Source of the DNA: a virus
Lineage: Duplodnaviria; Caudoviricetes
IMG/VR virus record: IMGVR_UViG_3300037422_000298
Strand: one strand, 5' to 3'
DNA length: 64,000 nt
Under the pieces are notes generated by a model. That model was not told the DNA's origin. It searched no databases and saw only the letters and a list, made by a program, of their open reading frames with translations. A program made the translations under genes and the position numbers. This document shows, one piece after another, positions 18,219 through 29,490 of the stretch (the stretch's first letter is position 1; the number at the start of each line of letters is the position of its first letter).

Positions 18219-21170
18219 TCACACCGTCGCTTCTACAGCGTGCTGCCGACCGCCGTACGTTTTCGCATTGCGCGCACGTTGCTGGATCATCTCGATCTGC
18301 GTGAGCAGGTCGTGGACTTCACCGGGCGCGAGCGTCACGGTACCAAAGCCCTTGATGCGCAGCTCCAGCTCGGGCACGAGTTGGTCTCCGTACGCGGCGT
18401 TCTTTTCGGCAGCCATACGCAGCTCGCCGTGCTTGATTGCGAATCGGTGCCGGTCGTCGGCAGGATCATCGTCATCCGATCCGGCCCGCGCGTCGTCGGC
18501 AATACGGATACGAACACTCGCGCGAACCGGCATGAATTCTTGTTTGGTCTTTCGCTTGATCATCATGGTCTAGCCCTCCAGCTCGTGCTTGCGTGTCGTG
18601 GTCTCGCCAGTCGCGACGTCCTTGCGAACGAATTCCAGGCCGTCGACGGAAAGTGTCAGCCCGAAGTACTCGCAGATCATCTTGACCTCGGCTGCCGATG
18701 CAGGCGTGCACGTACGCTTGCCCTTGTAGCAAAGCGGCACGAGGAAGCCGTGCGTATCGACTTTGATCGGCCGCGTGCTGTCGAGGTAGAGAATCCCGTC
18801 GTCGGTTGAATCGGGCGTGTTGCCTGAATCGTCGGCGACCGCGATCAGGCCCGTCTGTTCCTCTCGGAAGAACTGATGCCCGCGTGGTGCACGAAACAGA
18901 AACTCCCACTGGTGGCGAAACTTGGTCTTGGTCTTGATCACGGTGTTGCTTCTTTCTGCGGTTCTGCGAGCGAGCAGAGCGCCGCGGTGAGGGTGTCGCG
19001 TAGCTTTCGAGCGGCATCGAGACGACGCAGCATCGCGTCGGCTTCGACGGCACCGAACGTGCGGCGCGCGTCGCCGTCGTGTAGCTCGTCTTCGATGTCT
19101 TCGGTGTTCATCACGTACTGATCGAGCGCTTCTTCGAGCGCGAAGAACTCGTCAGTACTCGTGATGCGAAGCGTGAACAGCATGTCAGTCATCAAGTACT
19201 CGCGTGTTCGTCATGCGCTTGCACAACTCATGAAGGTACTGTGCGTGCTTCGCAAGCCAGCGCTGTTCATCGGGCGATGCTTCGATGCTTGTGGAACGTT
19301 CCTTTGTGGCGATCGCGGCATCAGTGACCAACGACATGATCACTTCGGCGTCCTCGTCGCTGACTGTGAAGTTGAAGTGCACAGTCACGATGGAAACTCC
19401 ACGTTGAAGATCACGAGGCCGTTCTTCTGGCAGAACTTCTCGGCGAGCTTGAACGCCAACTCGGGCGTCGTGCGCAGCTGAGAGCCGTCGAGCAACAGCC
19501 CGTTGTCGGCGTTGCGGTAGACCTTGACGACGTATCGATCGGCCGTCTTCCTGAGAAAGCCGTGACGATCGAGACCGCGGATCCTCGCGACGCGTACTCG
19601 CACACGCAGGTTCAACGGATCGGCTTCGAGCGGATCGATCTCCGTGCCAAACACGTGACACGTCGAGCCGCGCCCGTTTTGCTTGACGTACCACTCGGGC
19701 GGCGCGAACGGCGTCACGAGCAGCCCGAGGAAGTTGTGCTCGACGAAGTAGCGCTCGACGCGCGCCGGGCCGATGCGGTTGATACGCACGCGGATGATTT
19801 CGCCGATCGCAGGTACGGGTGTCGTGACGTTGGACCACTTGATGTCGATTGGGATCTCGTCGATCGGCGTGTTCTGTTTCGCGACGTGCACGATGTGCGG
19901 CGGGATCGTGGTCATCTGACGGTAGTTGGCTTGCGTGGTCATGGTGTCCTCAGATGTTGAAGTCGGGATGCTTCCACATGCCCGACGAAGTCTTGTGAAA
20001 GCCCGCGCTGCGCAAGCAGAGCAAGCCCGCTTCCGAGATGATGAAGTTGCCGAAGCCCGAGTCCTGCAGTGCGCTCGCCCGTGCGAGCGAACGTAGCCTT
20101 CGATTGACGCTGGCGACGCGCGTGCGATAGGTCTTGCTGAGCCGCGCAGTTCGTTTGGGCGCCGCGACGAAATCGCCGACGGACACGCTTCCGTACGACG
20201 CAGCGATCGCGAGCACCTTCAAGTCGTGGCGATTGAGCTGCATGACTACTTGACCTTCGGTTGGTACTTGGCGAGCAGCGCCTCGTAGACCTCTGGTGCG
20301 ACCTTCGCGCGAAGCGCCTGGATCATGTCCCAGTGACGATCGCTAGCTGCGCACACGCCGTAGTCGTCGGAGTTGTGCGCGAACCAGTCGTGTGACTTGA
20401 GTAGCGTCTCCAGTGCGTACGCTGGATCCGCCAGCACACGTTCGTACTCGGCGCGAAGCTCGCGAGCGCGTGTACGTACCGCCTCGACGGCCTCTTCGAT
20501 CGTCGCGTGCTCCCCCGCGACGTAGCTCGCGCCGTCTGCATCGCCGAGAAGCGGCACGATGCCACCCCACTGCGTCTTCGGCGTCCATGTCACGAGCCCG
20601 ACGAGGTCTTCACGCCCGACCAGTTCGAGGCAGTGCTGACGATCGGTCACGTGGACGATCTTGTGCTCGAACACGAGCGCGAACGCGTGACCGGGCTTGC
20701 CGACGAAGTAGTTCACGTGTCGCGTGATGTAGCCGATGTTGCGGTTCACGGGTTTTCTCCTTCGATCTTCCAACGGTGGTCGATGCCGCAGGCGTATTCG
20801 CGCTCGGGCAGCACCATCGTGTGACTTGCACGCTCGACCTTGCCGAGGGAGCCATCAAGTTCGAAACGGATCATCACGGTCGCTCGTCCGCGGACGTAGC
20901 GCGCAGGGCACCCACACTTCGGACACAACGGTCGCTGATCGGTCGTCGTCACGACTTCACCTCGCTGCGTCCATACGACGCTGCGCGATCCTTGGCGCGT
21001 GTCTGTGTGTCGTACGTTCCCAAGTCCTCGCGTTTACCGTCGACGACCAGGTACAAACGAAACAGCTGTGGCTTGGTGCAGCCAAGAAACATCGGCTCGA
21101 TCGACCACTGCCCGTCGTGGCTGTCGACGGCGCCGTCGACACTGCGCTTCCAGCGGATCGCGCTCTTCAC
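18219..21170 (-). CDS. run of nine short hypothetical genes (18219-18566, 18570-18941, 18938-19195, 19185-19388, 19385-19942, 19950-20243, 20246-20749, 20746-20952, 20949-21170)
   Basis: tightly coupled minus-strand ORFs, typical of a phage early region. Confidence 0.65.
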
Positions 21171-21949
21171 GACTGCACCAGCACCTTCGCGAGCGCCGCG
21201 GTCTGCATGGCGTTCAACGGCCCGAGGGTCACGCGCCGCGACGTGGCCTCGGCGAACGCGCGCACCGTGTTGTCGACGTAGCCCTGCCAGTGCGCGAGCA
21301 GCCGCGTAGCGGGCGTGATCGTCTCGTCGGCCGCGATGCTGTGCTCGCCGACGCCGCCCGAGAACACGAACCGGTCACCGCGCAGCTCGGTCACGAGCTG
21401 GAAGCGGCCCGCGTCGTCCGTGAACTGCAGCAGGCCCCAGTGGTCGACCGAGATCTGGCAGTAGTTGTGACCCTGACCGGCGTGGATGCGAGCAGCGAGC
21501 TTGGGTGCCTTCATGACGATGATCTCCTTCTTGGGGGTGTTGAGAGCAACCGCGCGAAGCGCGAGAGAAACGACCTGACGAACGACCGAGCGCAGCGCCT
21601 TGCGCGCCTGACGCGCCGCCTCGCGTGCAACCTTGCGCGCCGCGTTCGCAACCTGCGCCTTGCGCAGTGCCGCCGCGCCGTTCACCGCCCGAGCGATCGA
21701 GCGACCGATCGCTGCGAGCGCCGCGAGACCCTGCTTCGCAAGGTTGCGCGCGGTGCGCGGCACGCGTGGCGCGGGAAGCGGAAGACCCGCACGAACCGCC
21801 TGCAGCTGACGCAGGCAACGCTCCGAGACCTTCGCGCGGCGATACGCTTGCGCGAGAGTCGCTGCGTTTTCCTCCGCGCGAATCGCACGGTCGTACGCCC
21901 TCTCCAGGCGGCGGATGAGCTTCTCGTGGCTTTTGGACGGGGTGTTCAT
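21167..21949 (-). CDS. hypothetical protein with Ala/Arg-rich helical N-terminus
   Basis: AAGGAA RBS; first gene from the divergent hub. Confidence 0.7.
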   Translation of the reverse strand: MNTPSKSHEKLIRRLERAYDRAIRAEENAATLAQAYRRAKVSERCLRQLQAVRAGLPLPAPRVPRTARNLAKQGLAALAAIGRSIARAVNGAAALRKAQVANAARKVAREAARQARKALRSVVRQVVSLALRAVALNTPKKEIIVMKAPKLAARIHAGQGHNYCQISVDHWGLLQFTDDAGRFQLVTELRGDRFVFSGGVGEHSIAADETITPATRLLAHWQGYVDNTVRAFAEATSRRVTLGPLNAMQTAALAKVLVQS

Positions 21950-21995
21950 GGGGTGTTCCTTCCGTTCCCTGACCAGACGTACGGATAGCCGCGAC

Positions 21996-22016
21996 TATTC
22001 AGCAAAGCAAGAGCAA
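21996..22016 (-). promoter_or_regulatory. hub promoter motif, copy 1
   Basis: TTGCTCTTGCTTTGCTGAATA on minus. Confidence 0.65.
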
Positions 22017-22143
22017 GTTGATAAACGGGCTTACAAGCTAGGGTAAACCTGACGATCCCCGCGATCTCCGATTTGCCTGTGCAGGTCATAGATAGAGATC
22101 CCAGCAGCGATCGACCTGCACCCAAGGCTCGTTTTCGGAGCCC

Positions 22144-22180
22144 AATTCACGTGAATTCACGTGAATTTCACGTTAATTCA
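22144..22180. repeat. tandem palindromic AATTCACGTG repeat
   Basis: AATTCACGTG AATTCACGTG AATTTCACGTT AATTCA. Confidence 0.8.
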
Positions 22181-22323
22181 GTATCTTAGCTCTCCCGCGC
22201 GAGGTTCCCTCGCGCGAAGAAATGATACGGCTCAAGTCGAACGGCCGGAGATCCCTCCCGGGATCGGCTCCGTAAGCCCTGGGAATCGCCTGGAAAGCCT
22301 CGTAAATCCGCATGTTTAGCAAC

Positions 22324-22343
22324 TTACTCTTGCTTTGTGAATA
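22324..22343 (+). promoter_or_regulatory. hub promoter motif, copy 2
   Basis: TTACTCTTGCTTTGTGAATA. Confidence 0.65.
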
Positions 22344-22371
22344 GTCCGGGCGTATCAAACGTCGTACCGAC

Positions 22372-23430
22372 ATGCAGAACAAACACCCCGGAAACTGCGA
22401 GACCTGCCGGACGCGCGTCCCCGCCGGTCAGGGCGAGCTTCGCAAGGTCGCTGGCCGCTGGATCGTGCTCTGCGCCGCGCACGGCACGGCCCCCGCCGTT
22501 ACGGCCGCTCAGGCGGTCCTGTCGCTCGTGATTCGCGTGTGGCTCGCTGCGGGCCGCGTGCTCTGCGCGCCGGTCTCGCGGCTGAACGGCTCGTTCGACC
22601 GCTACCTCGCGGCGACGCGCTCGGCTGGCTACATCTTCCGCCAGGAGCACAACGCGCAGATCGGCGCGCTCGACCAGGCACCCGCGCTGCTCGATGCGCT
22701 CCGTGCGGCAGGCTTCACGCCGGACGTCTCGCCCGAGCTGCTCGGGATGTTGCAGACGCGCGAGGCGCAAGCGGTCAACGAAGTGCAGGCAGCTGGTGTG
22801 CGCACGGCCGAAGTCGACGCACGCCTCCGCGAGCGCGGACTGTCGCTGTTCCAGTTCCAGGCGAACGGTGTCGAGTGGCTCGCACCGCGCCGCAAGGCGG
22901 TACTCGGTGATGACATGGGGCTCGGTAAGACGATCCAAGCGCTCACCGCCGTGGCGGCGAACACGCCGATCGTCGTGGTGTGCCCCGCTGTCGCCAAGGG
23001 CGTGTGGGTCCGCGAGATCTCGCGCTTCCGTCCTGACCTGACGCCGGTTGCGCTGACCGGACGCGGCACGTTCCGCTGGGCGCAGCCGGGCGAGGTTGTG
23101 ATCGTCAACTACGACATCCTTCCCGGCGAGAAGGCTGCGAAGAAGGGTTTCCCGGCGACGCTGCCCGCGAACCTGGCGACGGCGCCGACCGGCACCGTGC
23201 TGATCGCCGATGAAGCACACGCGCTCAAGGCGAGCGACACGCTCCGCACGAGCCAGTTTCGCGCGCTGCGCGAAGCGACGCTGACGGCGAACGGTCGCGT
23301 GTGGCTGCTGACGGCGACGCCGATCCTGAACCGTCCGACGGAGCTGTGGGCGTTGCTGCAGGCGATGAACGCGGGTTTCGGTTGTGATTGCAACGGCTGC
23401 GAATGGTTTCGCGCCGAACACGGATCCTGA
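22372..23430 (+). pseudogene. SNF2-family ATPase truncated after motif III
   Basis: LFQFQ..GV.WL, DDMGLGKT, VVCP, DEAH, LTATPILN..ELW; no HelicC domain follows. Confidence 0.7.
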
Positions 23431-23432
23431 CC

Positions 23433-23669
23433 ATGCCCTACGTCGAGATCATCTCACGCGACAACGAGTTCGAGATCCGTCCCATGTCCGACGCGAGTGC
23501 AGACTCGCGGGAGATGCAAGGCGGTGAGACGATCTACATCGAGAACGATGTCTACGACGCGTGGGTTGCGCACATGAAACAGCACGCCGTGTTCAAGGCG
23601 CTGTGGATCCAGCTGCAGAACGACCTTCGTCGTCGCGAGGCACGCAACCGAGGTGAGGTGTTGCCATGA
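23433..23669 (+). CDS. hypothetical protein
   Basis: coupled ORF. Confidence 0.55.
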   Translation: MPYVEIISRDNEFEIRPMSDASADSREMQGGETIYIENDVYDAWVAHMKQHAVFKALWIQLQNDLRRREARNRGEVLP

Positions 23670-24064
23670 AGAGCCGCGCGTCCAAGCGCCACACAACGCA
23701 TTACGTGAAGCCCGCAGAGAGCGACGCGGATCGTATTCATCGACAGCTCGACGAGATCGTGCGTACGTATCGTCACGGTGCATATCACTATCAATTCGCG
23801 CGTGCGCTTATCATGCGGCTGCACGCGATGCGGCTCTCACCCGCAACGCTGTTGACGTCTGAGGGTGTAGATGCGGTCACCGCCATCGCGATGGCACTCG
23901 AAGACTGGGACGAGCTAGCACGATCGACGGCACAGCAACCATCGAGGGCGTGGCTGGACGTGCTTCGTCACGTCGGTGGAAAAGCCCCGTATGACTGGCG
24001 CAACACGAGAGACCTCAGAGAGAGCACATCTTCGCACTTCACCAACGGCATCCGAATCAAATGA
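23666..24064 (+). CDS. hypothetical protein (paralog family A)
   Basis: LSP....EG.DA..AIA.AL...W..VL motif. Confidence 0.7.
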   Translation: MKSRASKRHTTHYVKPAESDADRIHRQLDEIVRTYRHGAYHYQFARALIMRLHAMRLSPATLLTSEGVDAVTAIAMALEDWDELARSTAQQPSRAWLDVLRHVGGKAPYDWRNTRDLRESTSSHFTNGIRIK

Positions 24065-25818
24065 CCAAAGCTACCGAACACACCGCGCACTTTCAGATGT
24101 CAGGCGCCGACTTCACGCGTATCGCGCGCGAGCGCGTTCTCGACGACGCTCCTGGACACGCGTGGCGCATCGCCAGCTGCCTCGGCAACGACGAAGGCGA
24201 CGAACGCGACGCGGGCGTCGCCGACGCGGCGCTCGCGATCTTGAAGGGCACCAAGAAGCTCGTCGGCAACGAGAAAGGCATGAAGCTCGTCAAGGAGCAC
24301 GCGAAGGTCACCGAGAAGTACTTGAAGGACGTGCAGTACGTATACGCCGGGCGCATCCGCGTCTTCGACAGGTGGTACGCGCCCGTCGCGTACGTCAGCG
24401 ACATGGGCCCGCGCGACATGCGCAACGATCATGGCAAACCCGTCGTGCGGCTGCCCAACCACAAGGGCTACTCCAACCGCGCGTGGCACTACTGCGGTTA
24501 CGACGAGATCGTCGTCGATCAGGCGAGCTGTCCAGATCCGGAGATGCCGACGATCAAGCGTGAAGTCATCTTTCGCGCGTGTGGTGAACGCCCGCACTGG
24601 TTCGAGGTACCGCTCACGCCACAAGCCGCGCTCGACGAGTTTCTCGCGGCGGGACACTTTCTCGAAGAGCGCAGTCACACGAAGTTGTACGGCAGCGACG
24701 AGCCTCGCCACTGGAGCGATGCGTCTGGGCACGACCTGAGTAGCTCCGAATACGCAGAACGAGTCACGCGCGAACGCAAAGCACTCAAGAAGGGCGACGT
24801 CGGCCCGATGAACGCACGGCTCAACGCCGAGCTGGAGTTGGCGAACGAGCTGGACGAAGACGATCGCCCCGAGGTGCAAGAGCTTCGCGACGATCTACAG
24901 AAGGGCACGCGCGCCGAGATCATCAAGCGCGCCTACAAGACCGGTCCCGGCGTCGGTGCACTCGCCGAGATGCTCGACGAGCACGATCCCGAGGCGCTCC
25001 TTCGAATGGAAGCGGAAACGCCAATCCAGCAAGCTGCCGAACAACTCCGTGTCGAAGCCAAGCTCGCCGAAGAGATCAAAGACGAGGCCGCTCGCGAGGC
25101 CGCCCTCGAACAGATCGATGCCGAACGTGAGACTCTACGCCTTCGGCGGCTGGCTGACCTGCGCGCGATGATTTTGAAGCAGGCGGGCGACGACCTGATC
25201 GATCTCAGTTGGGATGCGGTCATGAACCACGACGGAACCGAAGTTCGTGTTCCTGCGGGCTCCGCGAAAGTTCCGCGTGCGCCGTTCCTGCACTGGGCGT
25301 TCTCGCGCATGAAGATGTTCGAGGATCAGTTGCCGCCGTGGCAGAACATCTGCCCGCCAGGCATGAAGATGCAGATGGACGATCCGAACCACACGGACTG
25401 GATCGTCGGTGCTGGGCTCGACCCGCAAGATCGCGAGTTGCTCTACTACCCCGGCCCGCTCGCCGAGGCAGCGATGAAGCTCTCACACGAATTCCAGGAC
25501 AAGTTCGACAAGCCATCGCACGTGCACGTCCTCGTTGACGGTCCCGTCGTTAGCGGTCAGGTGTTTCACGGCAAGCGCAACAAGCCTTGCCCGCCTGGCT
25601 CGGTGGTTGTCTTGCCGGATCTGCGTCCGCAGTACCTCGAAGCGATCGAAGATGCGGTTGCGGTCATCACCGAGCAGGGCGGTGAGACGGCCCACTTGAC
25701 TCAGGTTGGTCGCGAACGCGCACTGCCGATCGTCCGCGTCGAGAATGCACGCGAGCGCTATCAAGAGGGCTGCATGCTCCTGATCAACACGAGCGAACGT
25801 ACGGTGATGGGGTTGTAG
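24061..25818 (+). CDS. large protein with C-terminal PEP-utiliser phosphohistidine swivel domain
   Basis: GSVVVLPDL..AVAVITEQGGETAHL..VGRERALPIV. Confidence 0.75.
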   Translation: MTKATEHTAHFQMSGADFTRIARERVLDDAPGHAWRIASCLGNDEGDERDAGVADAALAILKGTKKLVGNEKGMKLVKEHAKVTEKYLKDVQYVYAGRIRVFDRWYAPVAYVSDMGPRDMRNDHGKPVVRLPNHKGYSNRAWHYCGYDEIVVDQASCPDPEMPTIKREVIFRACGERPHWFEVPLTPQAALDEFLAAGHFLEERSHTKLYGSDEPRHWSDASGHDLSSSEYAERVTRERKALKKGDVGPMNARLNAELELANELDEDDRPEVQELRDDLQKGTRAEIIKRAYKTGPGVGALAEMLDEHDPEALLRMEAETPIQQAAEQLRVEAKLAEEIKDEAAREAALEQIDAERETLRLRRLADLRAMILKQAGDDLIDLSWDAVMNHDGTEVRVPAGSAKVPRAPFLHWAFSRMKMFEDQLPPWQNICPPGMKMQMDDPNHTDWIVGAGLDPQDRELLYYPGPLAEAAMKLSHEFQDKFDKPSHVHVLVDGPVVSGQVFHGKRNKPCPPGSVVVLPDLRPQYLEAIEDAVAVITEQGGETAHLTQVGRERALPIVRVENARERYQEGCMLLINTSERTVMGL

Positions 25819-26040
25819 ATGTGGCTGTCGGAGTTCTGGACGTGCGGGAACTGCCAAGCGCAGAACACGAGCGACGTGTTCAGCGATCCGTGCTGGAAGT
25901 GTGGCGTCGGTGGTAGTGACAAACCTCCGGCGATCGAAACCGATCCGACGATGTGCCCCGACTGCAAAGCGACCGACGGCTTCCACAAGATCAACTGCCC
26001 GACACATCCGTTGCCTAAAGACTGGATCAAGAAGCCGTGA
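25819..26040 (+). CDS. zinc-finger protein
   Basis: WTCGNC..CWKCG, CPDC..H..C. Confidence 0.6.
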   Translation: MWLSEFWTCGNCQAQNTSDVFSDPCWKCGVGGSDKPPAIETDPTMCPDCKATDGFHKINCPTHPLPKDWIKKP

Positions 26041-26193
26041 ACCTGTTCCAGATCGGTGCGTGGATTGAAAAACACGACCCTCGGCGCTACATGACGCGCG
26101 TACAGCACGAGGTCATCGTCTCGTGCCTGCAGCGCGACGACACGGACAAGGCCAAGAAGATGCTGGTCGACTGGAAGATCCCACAGGAACCTT

Positions 26194-26478
26194 ATGAACC
26201 TCGATGAAATGAAAGCGCTCTACAAGAACAAGATGGGGTTCGCGCACGAGTTGGAAACTGCGCCGTCATTCACGCTGCGCGTCTGGGACGGCATGGACGG
26301 TTGTTGGACTGATGTCGTTGCCGGTGTCGATCTCGCGTTCGCGTTGCGTGCGTGGTGCGAGCGGACCAAGGACGGCGCGCACAACACGGCGTACAAGGAC
26401 ATCGACTACTACAAGATCTTCCCGGCGGACACGAAGATGCTTTACAGCGACGACTTCACGATGCGCGGCGACGACTGA
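26194..26478 (+). CDS. hypothetical protein
   Basis: AGGA RBS. Confidence 0.65.
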   Translation: MNLDEMKALYKNKMGFAHELETAPSFTLRVWDGMDGCWTDVVAGVDLAFALRAWCERTKDGAHNTAYKDIDYYKIFPADTKMLYSDDFTMRGDD

Positions 26479-27221
26479 TGAAGATCTTGAAGGGCCACGT
26501 TCGTTGGGGTGAAGGCGATCATCGTCCGAGCGTGTTTCTGCTCGTCGACGACGTACCGAACGTCGGCCTGCGCTATGTCGAACGCGGCGGGAACTACTAC
26601 GCCGAGCGCGACGGATTCTGCTCGATCTTCCGTTGCGCTGTCCCCGGGGCTGCCGACCCTCTCGAACTGATCAACATGGCCGATGGGTCGCAACGTGCCG
26701 TGCGGCGTCACGACGTCAGTGCATCTCGACTGAACGAGCTAGGCTTTGGGCCGTGCGTCGAAGTCCACTACACGCTCAGTGAACGTACCTACGCTGAAGG
26801 CTACACGTTTTGGTTTGGCGCCGTACTCGTGTCGGTGCTGCGCGAGTACGCGAGTGTGATCGACGTTGGTCAGGGCTACACCTGGCGTCCGGGTTCGCGT
26901 TACGCCGCCGAAGTTGTCTTCCCACGTGGAAGTCAGTTCGCGCTTGCCTGCACGGGAACCGCGACGCTGTATCGCCGCGATCATCGCGATCATCGTTTCA
27001 TGTCGCGGCCAGAGTTGTTTCCCGACGGAACGCGCGTCCATGATGTCCGCGCCGCAGTTCAGGCTGCGCTCGACGCGAACGAGCACGATACGGCGAACGA
27101 AATCGCTCGACGTTATACCCGTCACCTGCCCGGTGGCGACGTAGATGCACTGCTAGCCTTGTCAGGATACGAAGCTGCCGTCAAGCTGCCCGACGGGTCG
27201 TTTTGGACCAAACCGGCGTGA
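26478..27221 (+). CDS. hypothetical protein containing the family B module
   Basis: LFPDGTRVHDVRAAVQAALDANEHDTANEIARRY. Confidence 0.65.
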   Translation: MKILKGHVRWGEGDHRPSVFLLVDDVPNVGLRYVERGGNYYAERDGFCSIFRCAVPGAADPLELINMADGSQRAVRRHDVSASRLNELGFGPCVEVHYTLSERTYAEGYTFWFGAVLVSVLREYASVIDVGQGYTWRPGSRYAAEVVFPRGSQFALACTGTATLYRRDHRDHRFMSRPELFPDGTRVHDVRAAVQAALDANEHDTANEIARRYTRHLPGGDVDALLALSGYEAAVKLPDGSFWTKPA

Positions 27222-27344
27222 TCCTCGACGGTGAAATAAACTCGATCGCTCATGCGATAAAGCTCTTGACAAGTCGCTGGAGCGATCGGAAACTGATCGC
27301 GTACAGGATCGAGCATCTGAGAAACTAGGGAGCCACGAAAGAAC

Positions 27345-29474
27345 ATGACGCTGTCGTTCGAGAAGACCAAGCAGGCCTTGAGTGCCTGCATCACCGCCAA
27401 GATCACCCCACTGCTCGTCGGACCGCCCGGCGTGGGAAAATGTCTGGGAGCAGGCACACCCGTCTTGCTCGCCGATGGCCGTACCTTACCCGTCGAACAA
27501 ATTCTCGTTGGCGACCGACTCATGGGACCAGATGGGCGTACCCGAACTGTCCTGTCGACCACAACTGGGCGTGCGCCACTCTACCGCATCGAACCCATCA
27601 AGGGCGAAGCCTGGGTCTGTAACGACGTGCATGTGCTGACGCTCGTCAACACGGACAGCGACGAAGTCATCGACATTCCACTCGACAAGTGGCACGCAGC
27701 CTCGCAATGGTTCCGTGATCGCCACAAGCAGTTCAGCGTCGGCATCGAAAATTTCGATAACGTGTACGATCGTGCGGGCGCTCAGCCGATCGATCCGTAC
27801 TTCTTGGGAGCGTGGTTCGGTGACGGTTCCAAGTCGCTTCAGAATCAAGCGCGTGCAGGTGCGGTTCTGTCGAAGGTGGCGTTATCCAAGCCTGACCCCG
27901 AGATTCGTGCGCTCTGTGAAGAACAGGCACGTAAGTGGGAACTGCACGTGCATACGTACGAGAGCGAAAACAAGTGCCCAACGCACGCGCTCGTATCGGA
28001 TGAATGGTGCGGTCAATGGCGAGTCAACCGGTTGCTGCAAACGCTGCGTGATCTCATCGGTCCCGAGATCAAGATCCCTGACGCCTACCTTCTCGGTCCG
28101 CGAGACGTTCGTCTGCAGTTCTTGGCTGGGCTGTTGGACACGGATGGCGAGCTTTCCAACAACTGTTTTGTGATCTCGCAGAAGCGCGAAGACTGGGCAC
28201 GTGCCGCCTGGCGGCTTGCACGTTCACTTGGGTTCTGCGCCACGATCACGACACGTACGGCGCGTGATCAGAACGGGTTCGAAGGTACGTACCATGTCGT
28301 CTCGATCAGTGGCGACACGGATCGAATCCCGACACGCATCCCGCGGAAGCAGGCGCAGCCGCGTCAGCAAAAGAAGATCGCGACGCGTACGGGGTTTGTC
28401 GTGACAGAACTCGGCGAAGGTGACTATTACGGCTTCACTCTCGACGGCGACGGACGATTCCTACTCGGCGACTTCACGGTCACGCACAACACGTCTATCG
28501 TTCGCGCTGTCGCCGCCGAGGTCGACCTGCCGTGTCACGAGCTGCTCGCATCGAACTGCGACGCCGTCGACATCGCCGGGCTGCCGTACGTACACGACGG
28601 CATCCTGAAGCGAGCGCTGCTCAAGCAGATCAAGGCCTGCGTCGACGCCCCCGGTATCCTATTCCTCGACGAGTTGACGGCTGTTCCGCCGAGCGTTCAG
28701 GCGCCGCTGATGCGCCTCCTGCTCGAACACGTGGCAGGCGAGACGCACCTGCACCCCGACAGCTGCGTCATCGGCGCGGCCAACCGCCCCGAAGAGTGCC
28801 CCGGCGGTATCGAGCTGTCGGCCGCGTCCATCAACCGCGTCATCAAGATGGTCGACTTCCTGCCGACCCTCGACGAGATCCGTGGCTACTTCGACGGCGT
28901 CGGCGATGTCGGTACGCGCCTCCACGAAGAGTTCATCGACTTCTCGGCGACGCTCGCAGTCAACGGCGACCTGCTCGACATGACGCCGCCGCGTCCCGCG
29001 CTCGACGCGGGTGCGCCGTTCGCGAGCCCCCGTGCGTGGGAGCGCGGTCTGCGCGCCTATGCCGCGTACTGCGATGCCGCCAAAGTCGGCTACAACGTCG
29101 GCAAGGAAGAGGACGACATCGGCTACGCGCTGCTCTCGGGCGCCGTCGGCGAGCACAAGGCGGTCGCGTTCCTCGGGATCCGCAAGATGCGCAAGCACCT
29201 GCCGAGCGTCGACGAGATTCTGCACGACCCGGTCAAGGCCAAGGTGCCCGAGCAGAAGGACCGCCAGATCGCAGCCGTCGGACTTCTCGCGCGCGTCGCC
29301 GACAAGGATCTGTGGGCGTCGTGGATCTACACCGAGCGCCTACTCCCCGAGATCAGCGCCGCGTGTGCACGCGTTCTGATGACGCGTCAACCGCAAGGCA
29401 CCTCGAAGTGGTTCCAGGCGGGCAAGAAGGCCCAAATCGACGGACTCGCGAAGGTCCGCCGCGCGATGCAGTAA
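27345..29474 (+). CDS. MoxR-like AAA+ ATPase with an intein in Walker A
   Basis: GPPGVGK|TS, ILFLDE, IGAANR, NRV, SPRAWE. Confidence 0.88.
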   Translation: MTLSFEKTKQALSACITAKITPLLVGPPGVGKCLGAGTPVLLADGRTLPVEQILVGDRLMGPDGRTRTVLSTTTGRAPLYRIEPIKGEAWVCNDVHVLTLVNTDSDEVIDIPLDKWHAASQWFRDRHKQFSVGIENFDNVYDRAGAQPIDPYFLGAWFGDGSKSLQNQARAGAVLSKVALSKPDPEIRALCEEQARKWELHVHTYESENKCPTHALVSDEWCGQWRVNRLLQTLRDLIGPEIKIPDAYLLGPRDVRLQFLAGLLDTDGELSNNCFVISQKREDWARAAWRLARSLGFCATITTRTARDQNGFEGTYHVVSISGDTDRIPTRIPRKQAQPRQQKKIATRTGFVVTELGEGDYYGFTLDGDGRFLLGDFTVTHNTSIVRAVAAEVDLPCHELLASNCDAVDIAGLPYVHDGILKRALLKQIKACVDAPGILFLDELTAVPPSVQAPLMRLLLEHVAGETHLHPDSCVIGAANRPEECPGGIELSAASINRVIKMVDFLPTLDEIRGYFDGVGDVGTRLHEEFIDFSATLAVNGDLLDMTPPRPALDAGAPFASPRAWERGLRAYAAYCDAAKVGYNVGKEEDDIGYALLSGAVGEHKAVAFLGIRKMRKHLPSVDEILHDPVKAKVPEQKDRQIAAVGLLARVADKDLWASWIYTERLLPEISAACARVLMTRQPQGTSKWFQAGKKAQIDGLAKVRRAMQ
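27441..28490 (+). mobile_element. intein with LAGLIDADG homing endonuclease
   Basis: CLGAGTPV start, CNDVHVL, FLGAWFGDG, FLAGLLDTDG, ends FTVTHN before Thr+1. Confidence 0.93.
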
Positions 29475-29490
29475 CCTGGGAGCGAAGGTC

